Source: Asterias rubens
Lineage: Eukaryota
DNA: 64,000 nt
Direction of reading: 5' to 3'
Assembly: GCF_902459465.1 (NCBI RefSeq)
Contig: NC_047071.1
Coordinates: forward strand, 12,090,001 to 12,154,000
Position 1 is the first letter of the stretch. Each line of letters begins with the position of its first letter. Below the pieces are notes generated by a model, which saw only the letters and a list, made by a program, of their open reading frames with translations, was not told the DNA's origin and made no database searches. Shown in pieces: positions 44,001 to 59,000 of the stretch. Made by a program: the position numbers and the translations under genes.

Positions 44001-47000
44001 TGAGGAGAAAAATAATAGGATCAGTGTGGGCTAACAACAATAACTTATGGAGCAGAAACATGGACAGACAACAACAAAACTGATAGAACATGAACTTTGC
44101 ACACCAACAAAAGCAAGGGAGAGACGAGTGCTACATTTCTTAAACAGGATTAAATGCACAGAAACAAGAGAGAACAGAGGAAAATATGAAAAAGCCTATA
44201 TGGAGATAGGATGGACACTTTACCCTAAGAAATGACAATATATGGACAACAAGAATCATGGATTGGCAACCAAGGACAGGGAAAGGGAAAAGAGGTACAA
44301 GTAGACAGAGAAGAAGATCATCACTGAGAAATGACATCATGCAGGAGCAACATGAACCAGAACTGCAAGTAATAGAAATGAATGGCATTTACATGAGGAG
44401 GGACATATCCTACACTGGATGCGTACACAGCCTAAGTGATGATCTTTAAAAGTACATTTGTGACGTCACTAACAACGTAACTGAATAATTTTCATCTCTG
44501 AATAGCTAACTAAATGTGAAGTTTCTGTGGGAGCTGCTGCTTGCTGGATGTTTCCGGTATGGAATCGATAAAATGGAACTGGAACTGAACGACTGTTTTC
44601 GGGTACCCATTTACCTAGTTAACTGCTACGAGCTTACAGTGGACCAAATTGTTTTGGATGGTGGACTCCAAGAGTGGATAATGGAATGAAGACCTATGTG
44701 GATAATGCTAATTGCGTGCGCGCTTCCAGTGTACTGTGTGGGTGATGGTGCTATCTGCATTTCTGGTGACTTAAACATCATGGAAGATGATAGTATATGT
44801 TCTCCTTCAGTTCCATGGTCAATTTGATGAGTGCATGCTGGTTGTTCAGGTGTTGGAGGAACTGATGATCAAGTGTTGTCTTGACAACACTGACATAAAT
44901 GTTGAACTTGTGTTGGTGATATGGTGCTGTGTGAGGCCAATTGGGTGGAGGATCTTGGTGAGATGTCTGGCCATGTTGTAGGTTGGTGAACCCCTGGACA
45001 CCACTATGTCGTGGAGGGGAGCATCAAGATTGTGTATCTTGGGTTGTCTGAGGAAACGAGGGCAGGGGATTCAGAGAGCTCTAGAATGCAAATTAAAATG
45101 ACGCTAAATTGGTGTGCTATAATGGCTTGAAACAAATGAAGCTGCTATGTGATCTTGCATTCAATATCCGGAATGGGGTTTCTTGTAGGTGTCTGTCCCT
45201 AACACAACTCTAACCCTCATCCCAACCCTCATCCTAACCCTAACCCTAGTTCTACCCGGGAGTTCTATCACCCTTACCCATGTAACCCTAACCCCTCACA
45301 CATGACCAAACTTACCGACACAAACGACTAGGCCTACAACCGACCCTTACAGACACCAACCTTCACTCACAAACACCAACCTTCACTTAGACACCAACTG
45401 ACACTTACAGATACCTACCAAAGAAACCCCATTCCAGATATTAAATGAAAGATCACATACCAGTTCCGGTCTCAAGCCATAGTGTTCGGTGCAGCGCGAT
45501 GTGGCAGCTTTTGCTATTGCTCTCCTGCAAATGTCTCTGTCTTCTCTGTTTTGGTTGTCTGCATATGTGCATGTCTTTTTCAAGGTGTTTGAAGTTTGAT
45601 TCGCTTGGAGAGTTGTGCCATCCCTTGAGTGGACAGGCGGGTCATTGATGTTGCAAGGTTATAAGCGATCACCGTTTCTTCAACAAAAGAACTGGGTACA
45701 GATGCTAATTGCTGATGCCAAGATCAGGAGAGCATACATTGTACTACTCTGACAAATTCTGCAGTGCCAATCCCAAGGACATTGTGCATCCTCTGACAAA
45801 TTCTGCAGCGCCAATCCCAAGGACATTGTGCATACTACTCTGACAAATTCTGCATTGCCAATTCCAAGGACATTGTGCATACTATTCTGACAAATTCTGC
45901 AGTGCCAATCCCAAGGACATTGTACATACTACTCTGACAGATCCCCCAGTGCCAATCCCAAGGACATACTGTATACTACTCCTGCATCCCAAGGACACTG
46001 TGCTTACGCAAATTCTCCAGTGCCAATCACAAAGGACTTTGTGCATACGTCTCTGACAAATTCTCCAATGCCAATCCCAAGGACATTGTGCTTACGCAAA
46101 CTCTCCAGTGCCAATCCCAAGGACACTGTGTGCACACTGATCTGACAAACTCTGGTGCCAATCCCAGGGACTTTGTGCACACTAATTTGACAATGTCTGC
46201 AGTGCCAATCCTAAGGACATTGTGCTTACGCAAATTCTCTAGTGCCAATCCCAAGGACACTGTGCAGACTACTCAGACAAATTCTCCAGTGCCAAATCCA
46301 AGGAAATTGTAAACCACAAAGATGGTCTATTGACTAACTGTTGAATAACTCGCTGGAGATATTCTACTTTGAAAGCTGGAGATATTCTACTTTGAAAACT
46401 CATCCCCGGTAGACATTGATGCCCAAAGAAGACCTTTTTTGACCAATTGATGGAGAATACTGGATGCAGAAAATAAACAGAGAAAGATGGAAGAAAACAT
46501 GTCAAAGAAAGCCGAGCACGCCCGACCTGATGAAGATGAGGAATATCTGTACCAACTGTAAAGCTAATGTCACGAAATAATAGTTACATGTAATAGTTAG
46601 CTTAAACTAATTAGTTAATTTTCTTAATATTGACATAAAAGATGTCTTGATGAGAACCTTATCAATTACTTATAATAAGCTTACAAGGTAATTGCATATC
46701 AAAACACTTGATGCATATAAATACATGTATGTTGTCTGAAGTATGATTCCATGTGACCTTTACTTCTGGCCAAAAACCGGGAGTTCAAATTTCAGAATTC
46801 AAAAGTTCATGTCTCATGAACCAAACTAAATTCATCTTTGGGGGACGTTAAATCAATGCAAGCACATTGAGATAGGTATTGTGAAATGCGCGATATAAAG
46901 ATTTATTATTAATTTTATTTATGTAATGTTACACAAATCTGGAGAGCCATAAAAGTCCCAAATGTAAGCACCATATGTTGTATTGAATAGGTTCACTGCG

Positions 47001-48378
47001 CTCCTTTTCTATTTCCTCTTCTACTTCCCCTCTCTCTTTTCAAGGAACACCTTGCCAGTTGAGATTTAGCTTTTGTTTAGTGTATATATTAGGAGGCGCC
47101 TGGACCCTGGAATGGTCGACACTTCATTGATGTCAGGTTGGAGTATATACACACAGATCTCCTGCTGGCGGGAAAGGCGTATCCAACGAAGTGTGGACCT
47201 TGGACAATACTGTTTACTGAAAGTGTCCAATTGCTTTAAAATAGCCAGTTTTTAGAGATTACTGGTACTGCATGTTTCATGAAAAGTTAGCAGATTGTTA
47301 CATTCAGGGGTATATGGATTACCCCAAGTCAAACTGAGTATAACTATGGTAACATAAAAGAGTTGTACTGGTTAGTAATATGCTTCTTGGAAGAAAATAC
47401 TTTTGAAGGTTCATTATACAAATAGCTATTACATGTGTATTGTCAATATGTTTCTTCCACACTAAATATCAATATAGATTCCCAAAAACTTAGTACCGTT
47501 TCCCTGAGCTTAAAGAGAATTGACGAGAAAGTGTAGTTTCGCGGATAGTCTAGGAGCTGAAGGCGAGTAAAATGCGGTAACGAATTTACATTAGGAAGAG
47601 TCTATTCTCTGACTTAAACTTTTGTCATTGATTATGTTTCAGCTACAATGGTTTTCTCAATAAGTACGTGTACATTCATAAGTTACTGATATGCAAACAG
47701 TATTCATATGCCAATCTACTGGTCCAGCATTCATATTGGTGTACGATCTTCTAAGAGAACAACATGCAGACCAAGAGAGGCCATCAGCAAAGCTCGATAC
47801 TACAGAGGTCTTCAAATACATGTTCCGTCTCTTTCAACTCGGGAGAACTGGCATCTCATCAAAAGACAGCCATCGATCTCACATTATCGTTACCATTGTG
47901 ATTCTAAAGTAAATTCATCTTGCTATTGATTAGATTGTCTATCATAGCTTTTACAGATTATGTCTTTATAGTATAGTGTGACGACTTTTTCAATGTTTCC
48001 GGCCTAATTGTTAAAGGCACTGGACACACTTGGTAATTGTCAAAGACCAGTATTCTCACTTGGTGTATCCCAAAATACATGTATGCTTAAAATAACAATC
48101 AGTGAAACTTTGGGCTCAATTGGTCATCAAAGACATAAGAAAATAATGGAGCCATTCCCCACAATTTTTTACTATCAACAGCTATCCATTGCTCATTAAC
48201 AAGTAAGTTTTTATGCTAACAATTGTTTTGAGTAATTACCAATAGTGTCCAGTGCCTTTAAGGTTCTTGTTTGTAGTTCTGTTTATTGCTACAGTTTAAA
48301 CTCTGTTTTGTTTAAATTTGTCACTCTGTAATTTTGTTTAATCAAGGGAGGTTTACAATATAGAGGATAACGTCCATA
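41043..48378. repeat. Tandem array unit 2 (7,336 bp; ~398-bp internal deletion)
   Basis: Colinear with unit 1; deletion junction ccctggca/ctatttt at 41597/41598. Confidence 0.95.
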
Positions 48379-51300
48379 GGGACTAGTTCTATGTTATACA
48401 AGTTTCTAGTAGGCTTCATTATGGTCTTCCTTGCACACACTTAAATACCTCAATGATTTCTGATACTATTTTATCGGTAGTACTGCATTGTTTATTCTAA
48501 AAACATGATATGAGTTATTTGTAACATATACAATAGGGCATTCATCTTGAATGGACTTTTCACATGACTCAGGAAGATACTGAGTAAACAGTGTTAACAC
48601 ACATTGGTGTAAGGGTTAAACCAAAATTATCAATCTTTATCCTGGATGCAAATTTAACATCTTTTAAAATAGGAATAGTAGTTTTACATCGATCATTACT
48701 AAATTTACCAAAGCAACAGCTGTCACTGCAGTGCTCAGAACTATATACAGTTTTTATTGCAATTTGTATTAGTCTCAAAAAAATGCTTTGCATATTGTTT
48801 AGCCCCTGGTAATTGTATATTGAAATGAATTAAATAAATTTGATTTCTCAATAATAAGTGTAGATTTCGTAGATTACCAATGCATGCATATTTTTAGTAA
48901 TTTTTACGAACCACACAAATCCCTGGCAGCCAAAAAATGTATGTTTGGAGAAACAATTTTTAAAGTTTAGAAGTTAATTTTGAAATTACTGGCTGGTACA
49001 TGGAGACTATTCACGGTTTAATTTTTTGAAACTTTACACTGGCAGCTATTTGGTCCTGTTACCGTAAACGTTAGTATTCAAAAGTAACTTTTATCATCTT
49101 GTTGTTGATTTGTTGAGAAACATTACATAATTGGTATGAACAAAACTTGTCTAAGATCACAGATTTACATCAAAGTTACTAAGGTCTATTGATGATTGAC
49201 ACTGACAGTAGAAAACATCCCTTTAAATGTTTCTGTCTGAAATGTCATATTTTATGAGAAGTTTATAAAACTAATTTCCCATTTTGAGTTTGTTGCACAT
49301 TGAGCGAAAATGTGTTATAAATTTTCACTATTTTTCTCGACCCAGGTGGCTGTTCGGTCATTGGCCTATACAGGTTTGTTTAATATACATTGTAAATGGT
49401 GGATTACATAAAGTGGTTACACTGCCAGGAGTGCCAGCAACTGTTTTGTTAGCAAAAGCCAATAATGTAATTGTTGCTTTAAACATAACTTTTACATAAT
49501 GTGTTTGTGTAGTGTGATGAATTGTTTATAACGCTATTAAGTTGTAAATTTATTAAATTTTATCTATCATAGTGTGATTGCAGAAAGAAAATCACATACG
49601 TTTTATGAAGTGTGCCTACTCCTGTTTAAGCCTGGGCGACTAGGGTCGACATTGGTTAATCATGCTGCCTTGAACATCACTGACATCAGTGACACAATCT
49701 ATCAATCCTTTTAGCAGGAATTTTAGTATATTGGGCCTGCGGCAACCAAATGCTGCATTGCATCTTGGGAATTAAAAATTACTCGCAACTACATGTAGTT
49801 CAAATTCGCAACTGTTTGTGGTGCGACTAGTCAAGTAGTAAATGTCACTAGTTGCCCAGGCTTACCCCTGTTGTTAATACCTATGTTAATATGTTGCCTT
49901 TTTTAATGTTTAATTTCTACATTATATTACCATTTAAAATCTTTTAAAAAGGCACTGGACACTACTGGTAATTACTCAAAGTTCTATTCTCAATGAATTG
50001 TTTTTGACTTTTCAGGAAAAGTATAAATGACTTTTCCTGAAATTCATATTATGTTACCACTTTTGTGCTCTCCCTCTCTTTCAGAGATAGGTAGTCTTTG
50101 TGCAGGAAAAATCATCATCTTAACTATCAGCATAAACACAATATTTGTACCCAATGGAGATACTGGCCGAGTGGCCGTGGGAGACAGAGAAAGACTTTAG
50201 GCCTGGCGCCTTTTTCAGTTGAAGCCCAATTGATTAAATGAGCCAATATTTTCACAGAATTGTTACTTTGTGCATGTTGGGATACACCAAGTGAGATACT
50301 GGTCTTTGACAAATACCAAAAGTGTTCGGTGCCTTTAAGTAAAATAGGGAAGAAATAGAGAAACCTAAAACAACATGTCATTTCTCTCAGTGGCCCTTAA
50401 ACCACCAATCACACGAAATGCCTTCTACAAATTGTATTTCTTATGAGTTGGTACTGATATCACACAACACAAAAAATGTCTGTTTGAAAATTTGTTTTTC
50501 ATTGGTACTTGAGCCGTCACTAAAATCATAGTAATTTAATTTGTTGTCATGATTGGTAATAAATTTTAAAAAATATGCAAGTTGCCAGAGGCCATTGCCA
50601 CTTGCTCCTAGGCTGAAACAGGTTAACCCCTTTTAAACTCCATAGGAATGTAGGCTTGGGTATCATCAGTCTGAAACCTGCCGGTAGGGCAGAAAGCACT
50701 ACGTCCCTAATTTGACGTAGCCACATAGACATTTGAAAGTGCATAATAATGCAAAAAGCCTCTCTAAGTGCATAGAACAATAAAGTGTATGTCTGATTCT
50801 TCTACATGTATGTTAGATATCAATCTGCTTCCAAAGAAGAAGTATAATTAAAAGTATACATTATTCCCATTTTTGCTTGTGACTTATGTATCTAGTAACT
50901 TTAAATGAATGTGTCATACAATGTAGTTACAATTCAGCTGTAACGTTGTGAAAACTTAACCTTTAATCTATTGATCTATCTATCTATCTTTCTTTCTTTC
51001 TTTGAACCTGTTGATCAATGGAGCCGAACAGCCAGCCACAGCGCTTTTTTCGAAATAGATAATAGTTTAAAACTGACATTGGCTCTAACACCCGCGCTTA
51101 ACTGGAAGTAAAGGTCAGATGGGGTCACACTCTGTGTAGCTTTTGTTTAAAAGTATGCAAAGCCCATGCGATGATTTATAGATTGTACAAATCCATTGTG
51201 TGGTTTATGTGTTAGTATTATTATATTAAACTTTTATTTAATGTATTGCAGTACATAATGTAGGATTTAAATAGACCAACATGGGGACGAAAATCACCCA

Positions 51301-54300
51301 AAATATTCAACATGGTGTTGAAAGAGGTTTCAAGAACACTTTACTGGATGAGAGGGGTACATTATCGATGGAGAAATGTTATTAGATCTATGCTTTGCAG
51401 ATGATGTGGCTCTATCACCTCTTCTGCTAATGACTTAGAAGTGCAAATAAATGAAGTAAACAGCAAAAATAAAGACAATGATTTGAAGATGCACAAGGAA
51501 AAGTTCATGACCAACTTCAATACAGATGACTCAATAATGGTGGAGGACCAAGATCGCCATGGGTCAATGAATATACTGTACCAAACAGTAAAACTGAACG
51601 ACATCACAAAAGATGAAGCATCAACCAGGATTAAGACAGGATGGAGCTCCTTTGGACGACACAGAGGAATATTTTGTGATAGGAACATACCTACATGGTA
51701 TTGAGGAGAAAATAATAGGATCAGTGTGGGCTAACAACAATAACTTATGGAGCAGAAACATGGACAGACAACAACAAAACTGATAGAACATGAACTTTGC
51801 ACACCAACAAAAGCAAGGAGAGACGTGCTACATTTCTTAAACAGGATTAAATGCACAGAAACAAGAGAGAACAGAGGAAAATATGAAAAAGCCTATATGG
51901 AGATAGGATGGACACTTTACCCTAAGAAATGACAATATATGGACAACAAGAATCATGGATTGGCAACCAAGGACAGGGAAAGGGAAAAGAGGTACAAGTA
52001 GACAGAGAAGAAGATCATCACAGAGAAATGACATCATGCAGGAGCAACATGAACCAGAACTGCAAGTAATAGAAATGAATGGCATTTACATGAGGAGGGA
52101 CATATCCTACACTGGATGCGTACACAGCCTAAGTGATGATCTTTAAAAGTACATTTGTGACGTCACTAACAACGTAACTGAATAATTTTCATCTCTGAAT
52201 AGCTAACTAAATGTGAAGTTCTGGGGGAGCTGCTGCTTGCTGGATGTTTCCGGTATGGAATCGATAAAATGGAACTGGAACTGAACGACTGTTTTCGGGT
52301 ACCCATTTACCTAGTTAACTGCTACGGGCTTACAGTGGACCAAATTGTTTTGGATGGTGGACTCCAAGAGTGGATAATGGAATGAAGACCTATGTGGATA
52401 ATGCTAATTGCGTGCGCGCTTCCAGTGTACTGTGTGGGTGATGGTGCTATCTGCATTTCTGGTGACTTAAACATCATGGAAGATGATGGTATATGTTCTC
52501 CTTCAGTTCCATGGTCAATTTGATGAGTGCATGCTGGTTGTTCAGGTGTTGGAGGAACTGATGATCAAGTGTTGTCTTGACAACACTGACATAAATGTTG
52601 AACTTGTGTTGGTGATATGGTGCTGTGTGAGGCCAATTGGGTGGAGGATCTTGGTGAGATGTCTGGCCATGTTGTAGGTTGGTGAACCCCTGGACACCAC
52701 TATGTCGTGGAGGGGAGCATCAAGATTGTGTATCTTGGGTTGTCTGAGGAAACGAGGGCAGGGGATTCAGAGAGCTCTAGAATGCAAATTAAAATGACGC
52801 TAAATTGGTGTGCTATAATGGCTTGAAACAAATGAAGCTGCTATGTGATCTTGCATTCAATATCCGGAATGGGGTTTCTTGTAGGTGTCTGTCCCTAACA
52901 CAACTCTAACCCTCATCCCAACCCTCATCCTAACCCTAACCCTAGTTCTACCCGGGAGTTCTATCACCCTTACCCATGTAACCCTAACCCCTCACACATG
53001 ACCAAACTTACCGACACAAACGACTAGGCCTACAACCGACCCTTACAGACACCAACCTTCACTCACAAACACCAACCTTCACTTAGACACCAACTGACAC
53101 TTACAGATACCTACCAAAGAAACCCCATTCCAGATATTAAATGAAAGATCACATACCAGTTCCGGTCTCAGCCATAGTGTTCGGTGCAGCGCGATGTGGC
53201 AGCTTTTGCTATTGCTCTCCTGCAAATGTCTCTGTCTTCTCTGTTTTGGTTGTCTGCATATGTGCATGTCTTTTTCAAGGTGTTTGAAGTTTGATTCGCT
53301 TGGAGAGTTGTGCCATCCCTGAGTGGACAGGCGGGTCATTGATGTTGCAAGGTTATAAGCGATCACCGTTTTCTTCAACAAAAGAACTGGGTACAGATGC
53401 TAATTGCTGATGCCAAGATCAGGAGAGCATACATTGTACTACTCTGACAAATTCTGCAGTGCCAATCCCAAGGACATTGTGCATCCTCTGACAAATTCTG
53501 CAGCGCCAATCCCAAGGACATTGTGCATACTACTCTGACAAATTCTGCATTGCCAATTCCAAGGACATTGTGCATACTATTCTGACAAATTCTGCAGTGC
53601 CAATCCCAAGGACATTGTACATACTACTCTGACAGATCCCCCAGTGCCAATCCCAAGGACATACTGTATACTACTCCTGCATCCCAAGGACACTGTGCTT
53701 ACGCAAATTCTCCAGTGCCAATCACAAAGGACTTTGTGCATACGTCTCTGACAAATTCTCCAATGCCAATCCCAAGGACATTGTGCTTACGCAAACTCTC
53801 CAGTGCCAATCCAAGGACACTGTGTGCACACTGATCTGACAAACTCTGGTGCCAATCCCAGGGACTTTGTGCACACTAATTTGACAATGTCTGCAGTGCC
53901 AATCCTAAGGACATTGTGCTTACGCAAATTCTCTAGTGCCAATCCCAAGGACACTGTGCAGACTACTCAGACAAATTCTCCAGTGCCAAATCCAAGGAAA
54001 TTGTAAACCACAAAGATGGTCTATTGACTAACTGTTTGAATAACTCGCTGGAGATATTCTACTTTGAAAGCTGGAGATATTCTACTTTGAAAACTCATCC
54101 CCGGTAGACATTGATGCCCAAAGAAGACCTTTTTTGACCAATTGATGGAGAATACTGGATGCAGAAAATAAACAGAGAAAGATGGAAGAAACATGTCAAA
54201 GAAAGCCGAGCACGCCCGACCTGATGAAGATGAGGAATATCTGTACCAACTGTAAAGCTAATGTCACGAAATAATAGTTACATGTAATAGTTAGCTTAAA

Positions 54301-56071
54301 CTAATTAGTTAATTTTCTTAATATTGACATAAAAGATGTCTTGATGAGAACCTTATCAATTACTTATAATAAGCTTACAAGGTAATTGCATATCAAAACA
54401 CTTGATGCATATAAATACATGTATGTTTGTCTGAAGTATGATTCCATGTGACCTTTACTTCTGGCCAAAACCGGGAGTTCAAATTTCAGAATTCAAAAGT
54501 TCATGTCTCATGAACCAAACTAAATTCATCTTTGGGGGACGTTAAATCAATGCAAGCACATTGAGATAGGTATTGTGAAATGCGCGCTATAAAAGATTTA
54601 TTATTAATTTTATTTATTTAATGTTACACAAATCTGGAGAGCCATAAAAGTCCCAAATGTAAGCACCATATGTTGTATTGAATAGGTTCACTGCGCTCCT
54701 TTTCTATTTCCTCTTCTACTTCCCCTTCTCTCTTTTCAAGGAACACCTTGCCAGTTGAGATTTAGCTTTTGTTTAGTGTATATATTAGGAGGCGCCTGGA
54801 CCCTGGAATGGTCGACACTTCATTGATGTCAGTTGGAGTATATACACACAGATCTCCTGCTGGCGGGAAAGGCGTATCCCAACGAAGTGTGGACCTTGGA
54901 CAATACTGTTTACTGAAAGTGTCCAATTGCTTTAAAATAGCCAGTTTTAGAGATTACTGGTACTGCATGTTTCATGAAAAGTTAGCAGATTGTTACATTC
55001 AGGGGTATATGGATTACCCCAAGTCAAACTGAGTAACTATGGTAAAATAAAAGAGTTGTACTGGTTAGTAATATGCTTCTTGGAAGAAAATACTTTTGAA
55101 GGTTCATTATACAAATAGCTATTACATGTGTATTGTCAATATGTTTCTTCCACACTAAATTCAATATAGATTCCCAAAAACTTAGTACCGTTTCCCTGAG
55201 CTTAAAGAGAATTGACGAGAAAGTGTAGTTTCGCGGATAGTCTATGAGCTGAAGGCGAGTAAAATGCGGTAACGAATTTACATTAGGAAGAGTCTATTCT
55301 CTGACTTAAACTTTTGTCATTGATTATGTTTCAGCTAAATGGTTTTCTCAATAATACGTGTACATTCATAAGGTTACTGATATGCAAACATATTCATATG
55401 CTAATCTACTGGTCAGCATTCATTTGGTGTACGATCTTCTAAGAGAACAACATGCAGACCAAGAGAGTCCATCAGCAAAGCTCGATACTACAGAGTCTTC
55501 AAATACATGTTCCGTCTCTTTCAACTCGGGAGAAACTGGCATCTTCATCAAAAGACAGCCATCGATCTCACATTATCGTTACCATTGTGATTCTAAAGTA
55601 AATTCATCTTGCTATTGATTAGATTGTCTATCATAGCTTTTACAGATTATGTCTTTATAGTATAGTGTGACGACTTTTTCAATGTTTCCGGCCTAATTGT
55701 TAAAGGCACTGGACACACTTGGTAATTGTCAAAGACCAGTATTCTCACTTGGTGTATCCCAAAATACATGTATGCTTAAAATAACAATCAGTGAAACTTT
55801 GGGCTCAATTGGTCATCAAAGATACATAAGAAAATAATGGAGCCATTCCCCACAATGTTTTTTACTATCAACAGCTATCCATTGCTCATTAACAAGTAAG
55901 TTTTTATGCTAACAATTGTTTTGAGTAATTACCAATAGTGTCCAGTGCCTTTAAGGTTCTTGTTTGTAGTTCTGTTTATTGCTACAGTTTAAACTCTGTT
56001 TTGTTTAAATTTGTCACTCTGTAATTTTGTTTAATCAAGGGAGGTTTACAATATAGAGGATAACGTCCATA
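48379..56071. repeat. Tandem array unit 3 (7,693 bp)
   Basis: Colinear; many 1-bp indels. Confidence 0.95.
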
Positions 56072-59000
56072 GGGACTAGTTCTATGTTATACAAGTTTCT
56101 AGTAGGCTTCATTATGGTCTTCCTTGCACACACTTAAATACCTCAATGATTTCTGATACTATTTTATCGGTAGTACTGCATTGTTTATTCTAAAAACATG
56201 ATATGAGTTATTTGTAACATATACAAATAGGGCATTCATCTTGAATGGACTTTTCACATGACTCAGGAAGATACTGAGTAAACAGTGTTAACACACATTG
56301 GTGTAAGGGTTAAACCAAAATTATCAATCTTTATCCTGGATGCAAATTTAACATCTTTTAAAATAGGAATAGTAGTTTTTACATCGATCATTACTAAATT
56401 TTACCAAAGCAACAGCTGTCACTGCAGTGCTCAGAACTATAATACAGTTTTTATTGCAATTTGTATTAGTCTCATAAAAAATGCTTTGCATATTGTTTAG
56501 CCCCTGGTAATTGTATATTGAAATGAATTAAATAAATTTGATTTCTCAATAATAAGTGTAGATTTCGTAGATTACCAATGCATGCATATTTTTAGTAATT
56601 TTTACGAACGGCCACAAATCCCTGGCAGCCAAAAAATGTATGTTTGGAGAAACAATTTTTAAAGTTTAGAAGTTAATTTTGAAATTACTGGCTGGTACAT
56701 GGAGACTATTCACGGTTTAATTTTTTGAAACTTTACACTGGCAGCTATTTGGTCCTGTTACCGTAAACGTTAGTATTCAAAAGTAACTTTTATCATCTTG
56801 TTGTTGATTTGTTGAGAAACATTACATAATTGGTATGAACAAAACTTGTCTAAGATCACAGATTTACATCAAAGTTACTAAGGTCTATTGATGATTGACA
56901 CTGACAGTAGAAAACATCCCTTTAAATGTTTCTGTCTGAAATGTCATATTTTATGAGAAGTTTATAAAACTAATTTCCCATTTTGAGTTTGTTGCACATT
57001 GAGCGAAAATGTGTTATAAATTTTCACTATTTTTTCTCGACCCAGGTGGCTGTTCGGTCATTGGCCTATACAGGTTTGTTAATATACATTGTAAATGGTG
57101 GATTACATAAAGTGGTTACACTGCCAGGAGTGCCAGCAACTGTTTTGTTAGCAAAAGCCAATAATGTATTGTTGCTTTAAACATAACTTTTACATAATGT
57201 GTTTGTGTAGTGTGATGAATTGTTTATAACGCTATTAAGTTGTAAATTTATTAAATTTTATCTATCATATAGTGTGATTGCAGAAAGAAAATCACATACG
57301 TTTTATGAAGTGTGCCTACTCCTGTTTAAGCCTGGGCGACTAGGGTCGACATTGGTTAATCATGCTGCCTTGAACATCACTGACATCAGTGACACAATCT
57401 ATCAATCCTTTTAGCAGGAATTTAGTATATTGGGCCTGCGGCAACCAAATGCTGCATTGCATCTTGGGAATTAAAAATTACTCGCAACTACATGTAGTTC
57501 AAATTCGCAACTGTTTGTGGTGCGACTAGTCAAGTAGTAAATGTCACTAGTTGCCCAGGCTTAACCCCTGTTGTTAATACCTATGTTAATATGTTGCCTT
57601 TTTTAATGTTTAATTTCTACATTTATATTACCATTTAAAATCTTTTAAAAGGCACTGGACACTACTGGTAATTACTCAAAGTTCTATTATTCTCAATGAA
57701 TTGTTTTTGACTTTTCAGGAAAAGTATAAATGACTTTTCCTGAAATTCATATTATGTTACCACTTTTGTGCTCTCCCTCTCTTTCAGAGATAGGTAGTCT
57801 TTGTGCAGGAAAAATCATCGTCTTAACTATCAGCATAAACACAATATTTGTACCCAATGGAGATACTGGCTGAGTGGCCGTGGGAGACAGAGAAATACTT
57901 TAGGCCTGAAGCCTTTTTCAGTTGAAGCCCAATTGATCAAATGAGCCAATGATTCCACAAAATTGTTACTTTGTGCATGTTGGGATACACCAAGTGAGAT
58001 ACTGGTCTTTGACAAATACCAAATGTGTTCAGTGCCTTTGTAAAATAGGGAAGAATAGAGAAACCTAAAACAACATGTCATTTCTCTCAGTGGCCCTTAA
58101 ACCACCAATCACATGAAATGCCTTCTACAAATTGTATTTCATATGAGAATTGGAACCGATATCACACGACACAAAAAATGTCTGTTTGAAAATTTGTTTT
58201 TCATTGGTACTTGAGCCGTCACTCAAATCATAGTAATTTAATTTGTTGTCATGGTTATGGTTGGTAATAAATTAAAAAAAAAATATGCAAGTTGCCAGAG
58301 GCCATTGCCACTTGCTCCTAGGGCTGAAACAGGGTTAACCCCTTTTAAAACTCCATAGGAATGTAGGCTTGGGTATCATCAGTCTGAAACCTGGCCGGTA
58401 GGGCAGAAAGCACTACGTCCCTAATTTGACGTAGCCACATAGACATTTGTAAAGTGCATAATAATGCAAAAAGCCTCTCTAAGTGCATAGAACAATAAAG
58501 TGTATGTCTGATTCTTCTACATGTATGTTAGATATCAATCTGCTTCCAAAGAAGAAGTATAATTAAAAGTATCATTATTCCCATTTTTGCTTGTGATTTA
58601 TGTATCTAGTAACTTTAAATGAATGTGTCATTCAATGTAGTTACAATTCAGCTGTAATGTTGTGAAAACTTAACCTTTAATCTATTGATCTATCTATCTA
58701 TCTTCTTTCTTTTCTTTGAACCTGTTGATCAATGGAGCCGAACCAGCCACCCACAGCGCTTTTCTCGATATAGATAATAGTTTTAAACTGACATTGGCTC
58801 TAACACCCGCGCTTAACTGGAAGTAAAGGTCAGATGGGGTCACACTCTGTGTAGCTTTTGTTTAAAAGTATGCAAAGCCCATGCGATGATTTATAGATTG
58901 TACAAATCCATTGTGTGGTTTATGTGTTATGTATTATATTAAACTTTTATTTAATGTAATTGCAGTACATAATGTAGGATTTAATAGACCAAGACATGGG

